From Mobula hypostoma (lineage: Eukaryota), in the NCBI RefSeq assembly GCF_963921235.1, contig NC_086109.1, positions 29,328,001 through 29,392,000 on the forward strand: a stretch of 64,000 nt of DNA, in the 5' to 3' direction. The stretch's first letter is position 1. Each line of letters opens with the position of its first letter. Under the pieces are notes generated by a model. The model was not told the DNA's origin. It did not search any database and saw only the letters and a program-made list of their open reading frames with translations. Below, one piece after another: positions 1-13,720 of the stretch. Both the position numbers and the translations under genes were made by a program.

Positions 1-1416
1 TTTGTTGGGAAAAAAATGAACCTCTGGGGTGATGTCTTCTGCAAGAGTTATTTGGAGTCAGGTGTTCCAATCAATGAGATGAAATTAGATGTGTTGGTTG
101 TAGAGGTGCCCTGCCCTATAAAAATGACATGTTACTGACAGAGCCTGCTCTTCTCAAGAAAGATCTCTTTATGTGCACCATGCCTCGATCAAAACAACTT
201 TCAGAGCACCATAGGAGAAGAATTGTAGAGATGCATGAAACTTGAAAAGGCTACAAAAGCATTTCTAAAAGACTTGAGTGTTCATCAGTCCACAGTAAGA
301 GAAATTGTCTACAAATGGAGGAAACTCAGTACTGTTACTACTCTCCCTAGGAGTGGGCATCCTGCAAAAATCATACCAAGAGCACAATGTACAATGCTGA
401 AGAAAGTGAAAAAGAACCTGAGGGTAACAGCAAAAGACCTGCAAAAATTTCCAGCACTTCCTAAATTTTCTGTTCATGTGTCCACTATAAGAAAAAAGAC
501 TGAACAGGGATAGTCTTCATGGAAGGACACTACCGAGGAAACAACTGCTCTCCAAAAATACATTGCTGCACACCTCAAGTTTGCAAAAGACCTCCTGTAT
601 GTTCTACAACAATTCTGGGACAAGGTTCTGAGGACAGATGAGACAAAAGTTGAATTTTTTGGCAGAAATGCACATTGTTATGTTTGGAGGGAAAAGGGCA
701 CTGCACACCAACACCAAAACCTCATCCCAACTGTGAAGCATGGTGGAAGGAGCATCATGGTTTGGGGCTGCTTTGCTGCCTCAGGGCCTGGACAGCTTGC
801 AATTGTTGATGGAACAATGAATTGAAAACTGTATCAAGACACTTTACAGGAGAATGTCAGGGTAGCAGTCCATCACCTGAAGCTTAATAGAAGTTGAATG
901 ATGTAACAAGACAATGACCCAAAAGACAAGAGTAAATCAACAACAGAATCATTTCAAACGAAGAAAATATGTGCTTTGGAATGGCTGAGTCAGAGTCCTG
1001 ACCTTAATTCTATTGAAATGTGGAAGGACCTGAAGCAAGTAGTTCTTGCAAGGAAGCCCACCAACATCCCAGAGTTGAAATAGTTTTGTAAGAAAGAATA
1101 ATCTACAATTCCTCCAAGCCGACGTGCAGGACTGATCAACATTTACTGGAAACGTTTGGTTGAAGTCATTGCTGTACGGGGGGAGGGGGTCACACCAGTT
1201 ATTGAAAGAAAAGCTTCACATACTTTTTCAAACAAATATTTGTAATATTTGATATTTTTTCTCAATAAATAAAAGAACAAGTAAGTTTTGTGTTATTTAT
1301 TTAATTGGGTTCTCTTTACCTAGTTTTAGGACTTACATGAAGATCTGATTACATTTTAGGTCATACTTATGCAGAAATAGAGAACAGTCTACAGGATTCA
1401 CAAACACTCTAGCACC
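1..1416 (+). mobile_element. Tc1-like DNA transposon; left end lies outside the window
   Basis: Contains the transposase remnant above. The right end AGGATTCACAAACACTCTAGCACCA (~1392-1416) resembles a decayed Tc1 terminal inverted repeat. Confidence 0.85.
180..1205 (+). pseudogene. Decayed Tc1/mariner DDE transposase
   Basis: Starts at ATG 180 (MPRSKQLSEH). The 235..513 ORF is HTH-like (VHQSTVREIVYKWRK...LPRSGHPAKI). Catalytic motifs TDETK, QDNDPK and SPDLNSIE are present, and the C-terminus reads GGHTSY*. Several stops and frameshifts. Confidence 0.93.
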
Positions 1417-1879
1417 ATATGACGTACTTTTTACGGCACTTCAAAACGTCTGACATCCTTGGTAAAGCATAGCTTAGTTCCTGATCACAATTTGTTCTGC
1501 TTAATGTAGCTTCTGTAAATTCTTCATAATCCACAATGAACTTTGATTCAAATTCATTTATTTATCACAGGTACATCAAAATATTTTCACTCACAACAGC
1601 ACAACCCAAGGATATGCTGGTGACCGCCTTTAAGTGTCACCGCATATTCCAGCACGAACATAGCATGCCCACAAAAGGACGCTGGGCAAGCATATTAGGA
1701 AAAAGGGAATGGAGGGCTAAGCTAATATAATAAGATGAGGGATGACTGAAATACTTTTAAGTAAAACATAAATACCAAAATGTATCAGTTTTGCTGAATG
1801 GCCTGCTTCAACATTGTATACAATCTTTAGTAAGCAAGTATATGTCTTCCTTGAAAACTTGGATTCGAAGACCAACTCA

Positions 1880-1990
1880 CTCAAAATACTAAAGGAACTC
1901 AGCAAGTCATGCAGTCTCCATGGAGGGGAATAAACTTTGACATTTTAGGCTGAGACACTTCATCAGGCCCGAAGTCTCCAGCTTCTGCAA
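1880..1990 (-). mobile_element. Old Penelope terminal-repeat fragment with degenerate hammerhead motif
   Basis: GGAACTCAGCAAGTCATGCAG...CATTTTAGGCTGAGACACTTCATCAGG aligns by eye with the young Penelope ends at 36365-36456 and 55316-55409. Confidence 0.65.
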
Positions 1991-3014
1991 GGTTTTAGAT
2001 TAGAAGAGACAATGTTAACAAGGTGCCTATATTGACGATAGTTATTGTTATCATTAGAACTGCTAGTAAGAAGAACTGGAACATAAAACTTCTTATAATG
2101 AGTCTCAATGGTTCTTCAAAATTAGCTTCAAGAGTATCTTGGGCAATGGTGTTTCAGTGAATGGCATTAATTGTTGTTCAAGTGTCAGGCTTAGCTCAGT
2201 AGTAACATTGTTGGTTTAGCATTAAAAGGTCATAAATTCAGAATTTGAGCACAAAATTCGACCCTTTTGTATATTGCTAAAGGAGTAGTTGTTTATCAGT
2301 GACAGGATTCTGGCCATAAGGGGTTAAACAGAGACACGGACCCTCCTCCAATAAAAAGAATTCAGATTGTTAGCATGTGTGTACATATTTGCCCTATAAA
2401 TACAAGGGCAAATTCCTTTGCCTGCCCAGTCAATAGTGGTGCTTCTCTAAATGAGAGGGGAAGCAAAAAACTTGCCTGACCTCTTAAATTGCTGCAACAG
2501 TGTCCAAGATATTTTACAAAGACTCATTCCCAGAACCTGGACAACTTGATTTCTTATCCGTTGTCATAAAGAAATATCTAGTCATTTAACTTGTAATTAT
2601 CTCTGAATTGGCTGCTGCATTTAAATCACAAAAGTGACTAGGCTTCAATAGTCAGTAGGGGGAAATGTAAAGAAGATATGGGTTATAAAGTAACCTTGAA
2701 TTGTTTTTTCAAGTACAGCTCCACCTTGATAATCAGAGGCAAGCTGTAAAGTCACTTCCTAATCCGGGTAGAGTACTTTGTTTTGTTTATATGTGTGTGG
2801 TCATCTATCTTAAGGTTGCCAGTGTGTTTATGTATCCTAGAAAGCACAGCAACTGATATTTGAAATTAAAACTCCTGTGTGCTTCAAAAGCAGAGCATGT
2901 TATTAGATGGGACTCTTATACCAAAGACTGACGTCTCATGGTTCTTTATTTAGCAAGATACCGCGCCCAGCAAACGAGCGCTTTGTATATAATAAACACA
3001 AGAAATATTGTAAA

Positions 3015-3740
3015 TGCTCAGCAGTGTTCAACACCATAAACAATGGTGTCTTCAACACCCTGATTCCAAATAAACTCATCTCCAAACTCCAAACCTAGTA
3101 GTGTGCATCCCACTCTGCAACTGGATCCTTGACTTCCTGACCAACGATTGTATTCAGTAAAGAGATGTAGCAACACCTCCTCCACCATTACCCTCAACAC
3201 TTGTGTCCCGCACAGCTGCACGCTCTGTGCCCTGCTTTACTCCCTATGCATTCGTGACTGTGTGGCCAAATTCTACTCGAACTCCAGTTATAAGTTTGCA
3301 GATGACATCATCATAGCCAGCCAGATATCAAATAATGATAAGGCAGAGTACAGGAAGGAGATTGAGGGCCTGGTGATATGGTGTTAAGGCAACAACCTTT
3401 CCTTTAATATCAGCAAAATGAAAGAGGTGATCATTGACTTCTGGAAGTGTAATGAATGGGACGGACTACATCCTTGTCTGTATCAACAGTTCTGAGGTGG
3501 AGATGGTTGAGAACTCTGAGTTCCTAGTGTAAATATCATGAACAATTTGTCCTGGTCCAGCAAGCTAGATGGCATGGCCTAAAAGGAACACTAATGACTC
3601 TATTTTCTCAAATGGCTAAGGATATTCAGCATGCTTCCAATACTTGACTATTACCAATTTTTACAGATGCACCATGGAAAGATCCTATCCAAATATATCA
3701 CACCTTGGTATAGCAACTGTGTTGTGACTGACAGAACTGA
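3015..3740 (+). mobile_element. Rex/Babar-type LINE reverse transcriptase fragment
   Basis: Translations FNTLIPNKLISKL, LLYSL..DCVAKF..YKFADD and EYRKEIEGLVIWC; the frame is disrupted. Confidence 0.85.
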
Positions 3741-4486
3741 GCCACACTGAAGCTCAAGCTAGGAGGTATCGAACTCTTCATTCAACACAGCAGAGTTTCT
3801 GAGGATGAAATAGTTCCCCTCTCCTGGCACAATGTTTTGTACTTTCTGAATGCAAAGATAGCGAACTGCAGTTTCAATGATTATAATTACCTACTTAACC
3901 TTAGCATTTTGAATGCAGACAAATAACTTTGGAAAATTTCCTATTTCTAATGGTAGAACTTCCCAACTGGCAAAAGGCCTTTGAATATTTTAAATACAGA
4001 TGCCTCGTCCAAAAGCTTTTGAGCACAAACTCAGCAGGGGTTGATAGGTTGTGGATTAGTAAAAGCATCAAAAGCTCTACCATTCGATCATGGCTGATTC
4101 ATTTCTCCTCTCAACCCCATTCTCTTGCCTTCTCCTTGTACCTAGTCAAGTTCCTTTTTGAAAATCTAAATAGCACTGTTAATTCCTCTTTATCGATTCT
4201 CCCTGTCATATCACCAAAAAATGCAAGGAAAATTATACTTTGTGATAAAACATTTGCTGTGCTAAATAGTCACCATAATTGGGTACACCACACATAGTGA
4301 AGGAAGATCAAATCATCTCTCTACAAACCACAAACAATATTTTAGAAAACATTAGTCAGAATGATCTGCTTCGGAAAAGACAGTAATAAACGTTAACCCC
4401 AAGCCCTCGCCTTTGCAGTAGAAGGCCTATTGCTATATGTTGATAAGTTATTCCTTAGTTTTTTTCTACTGTGCACATTAATCACA

Positions 4487-4740
4487 GCAGCACGGTAGCA
4501 TAGTGGTTAGTACAAAGCCCTACAATACAGGCAACTCAGGTTCAATTCCTGCCACCGCCTGTAAGGAGTTTGTACGTTCTCCCCGTGATCACATGGGCTT
4601 CCTCTAGGTGCTCCAGTTTCCTCCCACAGTCCAAAGATGGTAGGTTAATTGGTCATCGTAAATTGTCCTCTGATTAGGCTAGAATTAAATCGGGGCACAA
4701 CTCGAAGGGCCTGTTCCACACTGTATCTCAATAAATAAAT
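4487..4740 (+). mobile_element. tRNA-derived SINE (V-SINE/HE1-like)
   Basis: A-box-like GGTAGCATAGTGG and B-box GGTTCAATTCC, followed by the central domain GGAGTTTGTACGTTCTCCCCGTG...TTTCCTCCCACAGTCCAAAGA and an AATAAA tail. Confidence 0.8.
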
Positions 4741-6349
4741 AAACAAGTCAATTATTTTCTGTAACTTCAAAACTGCATTCCATTGCACTGCATTGATAAC
4801 CATCGCAAAGTAATGTCTCGTTCTCATTTAATGGGTTCTAATGAAGGCCGAAATAACATAATTCTAATTGACCTCGCAACCTGTAATTTAAGGGGTTTTC
4901 CCCATGCTGTACAACCCAGGGTCAGAAAGGGTAAAGTAGCTTGAAGCTGCATCCTGTGTCTAGCATCACTTTATGGACTTAAAATTATCTTGTCTATATT
5001 TATTATGTTTTTTTACTGTTGTGCTCTTTATCTTTTTGTGTTTGTTCTCGTTGCATCGGATCTGAGTAACAATTATTTCATTCTCCATTGCAGTTGGGTA
5101 TTAAACAATCTTGAACCTTGAATCTAACAACTTTTTTTCCCATATTGCTGTTAAATACCCTGTCAGCACTGATTACCACAATTCACTAAGACCAGTGGAG
5201 ATTCAGACTTATAGATGACAACAACCATGGAATTGTGTGTCAACAGGAACTTCTAGAGAAGAAGGGAGAGGGAAAAAACTTGGCAAGGAAAGCAAAGTTT
5301 TTATGTGGTAATGTGCCCTCTAAAAGCCAATACACAAAAAAAAAGCAATCTGCTGTTTATTAAGCAACAGCAATTACAGAAACTTAATTTGCAATGAGAC
5401 ATATTGGACACTCATACAAGTTAATTGTGGTTATTCATTTCTGTCGCATTTGTGAAAAAAAATCAGTGCACAGCCAGGGATGACACACGACTGCCAAATT
5501 TCTCATTCATCCCACGCAAGGCCATCTATTATCAACAATTAAAAACACATTACAGGGTAGAACCAACATTTCCAGCAATATGAAGGTGGGACACACCAAT
5601 ATATGTGCCTCCTCCCTACAACCACATCTGTGTACACGTTGGGTTGATCAAATACCTAAACATTTGGTAAGATGGGATTTTGCCAAGTGAAAGCTATCCT
5701 GATTCATTGTGGAAGCAAAATTAACTCCTCAGCAAACATTGTAATTGCTGCAATGGATTCTCAGTAAAACCAAAATTAACCAGCCCTCCTATTAGGGTTT
5801 GGCTCCTTTTTTTTTGCCCTACTGAATTTCTCCTTGGAGTTTGAACTATTCAGTTCTAACTGATAAAGGCCAATGAAACATCACTAAAAGCCTTCATTTT
5901 AGAGTATTTTCAACCCACTGATATATAAGTATCAACTATGCAAAATTTACATTTTCACACATTTAATATAAGAATACTGTACACATCTTTCAAAATGTAG
6001 ATAATGTCCACATAGACTATCAACTGACCCCATTTATTTAAAAAATATATTTACTTGAGAGGCAGCAGTGACGGGGAAGAAATGGCTGAAGAATATAAGC
6101 ACATGTAGAAATGGGGTGGAGAAGCAAAGGATAGTTGTCGTCACCTGAAAGAGAATGAAGTCTTTCGTCAAGAACTGAAGGAGCTTCTGAACCGATTCGT
6201 ATGTTCTGTAAAATTGTCACTTGGCTTGTTGGAAAAGGCAACAGCTTTTGAAGCCTCCAAAACTAAGAATGCTAACATATACCATTCCAACCAGCATAGC
6301 TAAACCAATGTCTGAAATCCAAACAATCAGCCCTTGGTCATGAACCAGT

Positions 6350-7115
6350 TCAGTCATGCAGTTATAAAGTTAAACTGTATGGAAACAGGTCCAGCAACCC
6401 AACTCAACCAAGGTGCCTACTTGACCAAGATATGACTAATTAAAAAAGAAGCTATGTAGAATCAGGTGATCCGTTGTAGCTGCACAAAAGGAGGGCTGGT
6501 GAAACCCATTGTGGTTCCTGGCGACCACATCCACAACAAGTGCTGGTTGCTTAAGGAGCTCTGGTTGGTGATCTGGAATCTGTGTTTCAAACACTGCAAT
6601 GCATCAGGGAGGAGGAGAGTTACCCAGACAATGTGCTACAGGAAGAAGTCACACCTACTTCAAATGTGATCCGTGGCCAAGGACAAGAAGGTTTTCACTG
6701 CAGGTGAGGGGAATCCAAGCGATAGTGCTGAAAGAGCCTCAGCTCATGAGCTTGCCTAACAGGTCCGAGATTGTACTTCCTGTGAGGTGGTGAGTGAGGG
6801 CTGTTAGAAGGATGAGCAACCAGACGGTAGCACTATTCAAGATGGGGCAGAAAAGAGAAATGCAGTTGAAATTGGGGATAGTATAGTCAGGGGAATAGCC
6901 AATTCTCTATCACAAGGATCAAGATTCCCAAAGATTGCGCTGTCTGCCTGGTATCTGGGTTCAGGACGTCTCCTCTGACCTGCAGAGGAATTGTGGAGTG
7001 GAAGGGGAAAGATCCAGATGTCGTGGTACTTGTGGGTACCAATAACATAGGAAAGTCATTCTGCAGAGGAAATTTGAGCAGCAAAGGTCTAAATTAAAAT
7101 GCTGAACCAAAATGG
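6350..7115 (+). mobile_element. CR1 LINE 5' region with decayed ORF1 (SGNH/GDSL esterase-like)
   Basis: Motifs IGDSIVRGI (6871), LPGIWVQDVS and VVVLVGTNNIG, typical of the CR1 ORF1 esterase domain. Confidence 0.8.
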
Positions 7116-7449
7116 TAGATTCAGATTCAGATCCAGATTTAGTTGTCAGATTCATATCAGAACATCCAGTAAAATGTGTTGTTTGTGTTAACAACTAGCA
7201 CAGCCTTAAGATGTGCTGCGCAGCCTAAAAATGTTCTCACACATTCTGGCACCAACATAGCATGTCCACAATGCCCAGCAGAACAACACAGAACACAACA
7301 AACCATATCGCAATAAGCAAAAAAAATCTAACTCAGCTGCAACATCCCGTCCCATCTCTTATTGCCAATGTCCTGACCAATGAAAACAAGGATGCCAAGT
7401 GCCTTGTTCATTCAGTTATCTACTAGTGTTGTCTGCTTGTTCTTATATT

Positions 7450-8090
7450 TTATTTACTTTTAACTTCAAATTGGAATTTTCATTATTTTCACATGTACCA
7501 ATGTACAATAAGAAATGGTCTTGCATACTGTACACACAGATTAATTCATTACACAGTGCATGGTGGTAGTACACGGTAAATAAATAATAAGATACAAATT
7601 ACAGTGCAACAACAACAGAGAAATTACAAAGCTGGTGGACAATAAGGGGGAAGATCACAGCAAGAAAGATTGTAAAGTTGAAAGCCATTCTTATCAAATT
7701 AGGCAACCATTCAATAGTCTTATAAAAGCTGTTCTTGAGCTTGGTATGCTTTCAAGCTTTTTTATCTTCTGTCCAATGGGAGAGTGAAGAGAGAATGTCT
7801 GGGTAGGTGTGGTCTTTGATTATGCTGGCTGCTTTATGTAGGCAGTGGGAAGTGTAGACAGAGTCCATGGAGGGGAGGTTGGTTTCCTTGATTTACTGAA
7901 CTGCCTACAAATCTCTGCAGTTTCCTGTGGACAAGATATGGCCCAAGTTGTTATGCATCCAGGTAGAATGCTCTCTCTGGTGCACCGATATAAATTGGTA
8001 AGGGTCAACGGAATTCTTCATCATCCTGAGGAAGTAAAGGCATCGTTGAGCTTCCTGAGCCATAGTATCTATATGGTTGGACCTGGCTTA
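7450..8090 (-). mobile_element. Rex/Babar LINE 3' fragment
   Basis: ORF 7820..8008 reads LTNLYRCTRESILPGCITTW, matching the family C-terminal motif ESILTGCIT.WYG. Confidence 0.8.
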
Positions 8091-8849
8091 TAGATGAACT
8101 TATTAGTTTACCTACTTCGTTCATAATCTTACCATGCACTTTAAGAAGTTTTTTTATCGATGTTGTTTTCTCTTTTCCAAGTACATTCTATCTCACTTGA
8201 GAAACAATGGACTCTCCGATTTGAGAAATATTGATTTGAATCATGATTTTTCTAGCAAAATGGATCCTCAGATTTTGATTTTGAATGATAAATGGTGCTA
8301 GTTGTTAAAAAAGATTGAGAACATCAAAAGACATCGAAATCTATTCCCTACCCACACCGTGAAGTCATGAACCATGGCTACAGATATTGCTGGACATATT
8401 ACATGTTCAAATGAAAGTTGTGACACCTACTGCAAGGCATCTACCACAAAATTGGATCCATCATTACCAGGCAAGAATCTCAGAGCTCTTTTTGAAATCT
8501 TGTGTCTGAGATGATATATTCATCTGATTTTTTTCATTTTTTGACATAAATATTAGCAAGTTCATGTGGATGCCTTGTTAAGAATTCCAGGCCTTTTGAA
8601 AGACTGGGTTGCTGGTTCTTTTCTATCAATATTTTCTTGGGATAGCCAGAAGGAGACCATTTGTCTCATTTTGTCATTGTTGTCCAGTAATGAACAAGTT
8701 TATTGCTATTCAGCTCTAAATACGTTTTTTTATAGGTTATGTCTCTTCAAGTAGCCATCCAGGTACCTTGTAAATGTGATGTAGTATTCTCCCTTCACCA
8801 GCCTGTTGTGACAGTGAACAAAGTCACCAGAGAAACACTGAAGCTGGTG

Positions 8850-9720
8850 AATATTCAAAGATTCAAAGCACAGTTATTATCAAAGAATATAAAAATTATA
8901 GACCTTCAAATTTGTCTGCTTACAAGCAGCCACAAAGCAAAAAACCTGAAAATCCCAAATTTTAAACAAAGACCAAAAACTACTGCACAGAGAAACAGAG
9001 AGAAACAAAAACACACATCATGAAAACAATAGAAGAAAGCCACCAGCATTCTGAACCAGACAGAGTCCCAAATCTGCTCCCAGAGCAGCCAGAGTAAACC
9101 CTATCTTTGGTCCCAATTCATCACATCAGTGGGCTCAAAACGCACAGCAGTCAGATCAGTTCACAACCTCGGTGCCGCGGAGATAGGAATGAACATTCAC
9201 AGGACAGCGAGCAAAATCAGTCCGACCCTTGGCTCCATTCCTAACACTTGGGCTTCCGGTCTACTTGGGCCAATGTTAAAATTGTCCAAGCACTAGGTAG
9301 TGCCTCACTCATGACCCGAATCCTGGCCCAGTAATATACTTAGGCCGCACAACCTGAAGCAGTTTTTGACCTCACCAAATCGGCTCGGCACTTGGAGCAA
9401 TCCAAGCTCGAACCTGAGTTAGGTGGATGGACGTCAAAACTCTTCTTCATCAACTTCTCTCCAAAACGCTAACTCCAACTCTGACAACAATACGAACTTC
9501 TTGCATGACCCTGGATGGAACACTTTGCGCCCCAAAATGCCTCAGCACAGCTCATCCCTGAATCAACCTCACCTTTGCCTACCTCATCAATGTCTGCGGC
9601 GATAGTTCACCACAATTTGCTTCCGAAAAGATGTGGTAAATAACGTTTTTAGTCGAATCTCTCTGCTTTTTGATCTAGCACTTACCAGCACTCATTCTCT
9701 AGGCCCACAGATCTCGGAAC
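8850..9720 (-). mobile_element. Non-autonomous LINE-related element with (TTTGAA)-type tail
   Basis: The tail TTCAAAGATTCAAAGCACAGTTATTATCAAAG and the CTTACAAGCAGCCACAAAGC block recur at ~10735-10830. Family not assigned. Confidence 0.5.
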
Positions 9721-10979
9721 TCAGGAATCGCTGGCAGTGAGTCCAAGAAATCCACACTTTTGGGTAGTTTCATCAGCAATATAACAGATGCAACCAACCA
9801 ACCATACATAAAGTCTAATAATTTACTCTGTAGAGAAAACACATAATATTCGCCTTTCATAAGAATGATACAACACAAAGGCAAAATCAGCATTCAGTTG
9901 GACTGCTTTTCCCCCTTTGTGTTTAAACCTATTCATAAATCCATTTATAAATGTGTTTACATTTTAGCATCACTGATTTTGCTGGAGACATACAGACTCA
10001 AAGCAATTCTAAATCTATCACTCCTTGTCAGACAATGGGAATATCTGTAGGACGCGAGGATATGACTACACTGACATCTATTATATACAGCTACACTGGA
10101 TATAGTTAACAGGATTTCAAGCACAAGAAAACAGGAAGAAGAGTCCCTTGTGCCTTTTCCTTGCACAGTAGTCTCTTGTTAAGTAGCAACTTACTAAATC
10201 ATAGATACAGCGGACTTGAACAGGTCCCAAACCAGTCTTTCCAGAGGAGGTAATGTGTTCCAGGAAGAGCAGATTTAAAATGCATCATTTTACTTCAGTG
10301 AAGCAGTGAGGATGATGCAAATTGTAAGAGCTCCACACAGTACAAGATGTGATTATTTCGGACGTCAAATGTAATTCGCTTAGAAGCTGATGAAGAGCCA
10401 AAACCTCCAAATATGCTGATTGCAAATGTCATGGACAGTTGAGTTTAAGGTATGCTGGTTTATTAAATTCCTGCTCATATACTATAGTAATAGATCGTTT
10501 CCATCCTGATTTCCAACATATTATTACGAACTACTTTGCAGAGGCATTAAGCAGATGCTTCCTCATAGGAAAGGTATAAACATATTAAGCCTGGAATTCC
10601 CATGCACCAACAGTATCAGTAACAGAAGGGATCCAAAGATGTGTGGGTTAGTAGGTTAATTGGTCAATGGTTGTAAATGAGTGGTATGGAGACATTGACC
10701 GGTACTACCTATTATAATGCTATATCAAATTTCAGTTACAAGTTCAAAGTACATTTGTTATCAACATACGTATACATTATGCAACCTTAAGATTTGTCTC
10801 CTTACAGGCAGCCACAAAACAAAGAAACCCAACTTGGTCCTGAGCTTTGCCTCAGCTTGGTTTGAATTGCCTCCAAGTCCGCTTCAACAATGGCCAAACA
10901 TTGGCTTCTTCCTTTCTTCCCGGCCCGGCTGGCTGCTTTAATTCATCACAACCATCCTGGACCTTTGAGACTTCAGTTC

Positions 10980-13720
10980 ACCCACCTAGTCCCAACTTTC
11001 TGCACTCAAACCATATCCCTTCAATGTACCTGTCCAAGTGCTTCTTCAATGATATTATTGTACCTGCTTTAACTACACCCACTGGCTGTTCATTCCATAG
11101 ACTCACCATCCCCTGTGTGTTAGCGTTGCTCCTCAGTCCCCTTTTAAATCTTTTCCCTTTTGCTCCCAATTTATGCCTCCTAGTTTTAGACTCTCTTACC
11201 CTGTGGGAAAGACTGCAACTATCCATATTATCTAGGTCTTTTAAAGATCATTTACAACACTTGTAGAAGGTTGCCCCTCATCCTCCTCTGTTCCAAGGAG
11301 AAACCCTTACCTAGCCAACCTTTCCCTATAACTTGGGTCCTCTTGTCCCGGTAACATCCTCATAAATCTTCTTTCAAGGTGACCAAAACTGTACATAGTA
11401 CTCTAAGAACAGCTTCGCAAGTAACTTAGACAAATGCAACCTAATGTCCTAGCTCCCACACTCAATGCCCTGACTAATGAAGGCTAGCATGCTAAACACC
11501 TTTCTCATCACCGTGCCAAGCTGTGCTGTTACCTTTAAACTATGCACTTGTACTCCAATGTCCCTCTGCTCCATTACATTCCCTAGTGCCCAACCTTACA
11601 TATGTAAGTCCTGCACTGGTTTCACTTTCCAAACGCATTACCTCAGACTTAACTGTATTGAAGTCCATTTGCTACTCCTCAGTCCACTTCCCAAACTGTA
11701 ATCTAACCATCGTACCCCCCATGATCTACAATAACCTCCTTTGCTATCAACAACACCTTCTAATTTTATGTCTTCCACAAGCATTATGCTTCAAAACATC
11801 TCCATTTGTTTCTCTTATCTCTGGAGCAACCATGATATTCTCAGTAATCACTGAGTACAAATATTTGCTCAAGACATAGGCTGCCCTGTTGATCTTTAAG
11901 GAAACCTTATCTCTCCCTAGCCAGCATTTACTATTAATATAGCTCTCACACTCAGCATTTGTCCCCTCCGCCATCAGGTTTCTGACATTTGAACACTATT
12001 TCAAATTTTTGTTTTCTTTTTGCACAATTTACTTATGTATTTTTATATATTTCTTATTGTAATTTATAGTCATTTTATATGACTTGATCTGTACTGCTGC
12101 TACAAAAGAACAAATTTCACAGCATACCTATATGTCAATGATAATAAATTTAATTCTGATCTGGGATTTTCCCCAACCTGACCTGTCAGATCTATCTCAT
12201 ACCCACTTTGCCCTTTTGATTTTCCACTTAAGTAGATTCTTAATCTTTTTATTGTCATCAAGGGATTCACTCATCCCTAACACTCTAAATCTAATGTATA
12301 CTTCCTTTTTTTTCCTGAAAAGAGCCTCAATATCTCTTGCTGAAAAGATCTCTTCACAGGAAAATGCTGCTCCTGGACTCTTCATATTACACCCTTAAAA
12401 CTCCCCTCTTGCTATTTATTTCTTTCCCTTCAAACAGGCTTATTTAATCAACCTCTGCCTGAACTTGCTCAATTCCCTAAAATTACCCCTGCTTCAGTTT
12501 AGGGTCCTAACCTGTGGACCTGTCTGTTTCTTTTCCACTACGGTTTTAAGTCTAATTAGAATTATAACTAAAGCCAAAGTTCTCCCTTGCTGCCTCTTCA
12601 GTTACTTGCCTTGCCTCGTTGCCTAAGAGCAGGTCCAGTATTGCTGATTCCCAAGTCAAGCCCTCAGTACATTGACTCCAGAAACTGCCCTCGACACATT
12701 TCACAAATTCAGGCTTTTAACACTCTGGGAGACCCAGTCAATACCGGGGAAATTGAAGTCTCCTATTACTACAACCCCACTATTCTATGGCTATTACAAT
12801 GATGAGCAATTTCCTTACACATATGCTCCTACTGACTATTGGGGTGGAGCATGTTTCTAGAATATAGCCCTGCAAAAGAACCCTCCCTTTCTTCTAATTT
12901 CTACCTGTATAGCTTCATTTCACATTTCTCCCTAGAATTTCACCTCTAAGTACTGCTGTTACATCATCCCTTATCTAAAAGGCATCACACACTCCTTGCC
13001 TACCTGTACCTCTGTCACGCCTGTAGCATCTGTATCCTGAAATACTGAGCTGCCAGTCCAGCCCTTCTCTCAGTCATGTTTCTGGTATGGCTACTATATC
13101 CCAATCCTCAGACCCAATCCACACTCTGAGTTTATTTGGCTTACCTGCTAAACCTTCTACATTAAAATAAATGCATTTTAACTGAGTATTCCTTTCCTTG
13201 ACTTTACCTATCCTGATTACTAACCTTGCTCTTGCTAACTCCTGCTTTATCCATAATTTGCTCCTGTTGAGTCCCCCCAGTCCTGCCAATCTACTTTAAA
13301 CCCTCCTGTGAAGCTTTAGCAAGCTACCCTGCAAAGATATTGGTCCTCTTCTGTTTCAAATGCAACACTCAATCTTATACCGGTCACCCTACCCCATCCA
13401 CGAGCTCCTCAGCCACAAATTCATCAGACCTACCCTTCTATTTCTGAGCTCACCAGCACATGACACCAGGAGAAATCAGAAATCACTACCCGCAATGTCC
13501 AGCTTCTTAATTTCTTCCCCAGCTCTCTATTTTCATTCACCAGGACCGCATCAATTATTGTACCAACATGTAAAGTGATCTCTGGCTGTTTGCCCACACC
13601 CTCAAGAATTTTCTGCAGCTGCTCGGATACATCCTTGGCCAGGCACCTGGAAGACAAAACATCTTCCTAGTGTCTCTATCACAGCTACAGAATCTCCTGT
13701 CTATCTCCCTCAATATCAAG
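10980..13720 (-). mobile_element. Internally deleted, decayed CR1 LINE (ORF1, endonuclease start and RT 3' end) with a nested Rex tail at ~11950-12160
   Basis: Minus-strand ORFs: LQKILEGVGKQPEITLHVGT (ORF1), LKCIYFNVEGL..K..KLRVWI..DWDIVAIPET (APE endonuclease N-terminus) and TRRHKLGAKGKRFK...VSLWN (ORF2 C-terminus). Confidence 0.85.

Noticed and set aside
4487..4560. tRNA-like A and B boxes
   Set aside because: SINE head with no cloverleaf, followed directly by the SINE body.
6350..7115. Esterase-like (GDS..., GTN) motifs suggesting a host hydrolase gene
   Set aside because: They are the CR1 ORF1 SGNH domain, are frameshifted, and recur in other CR1 copies here.
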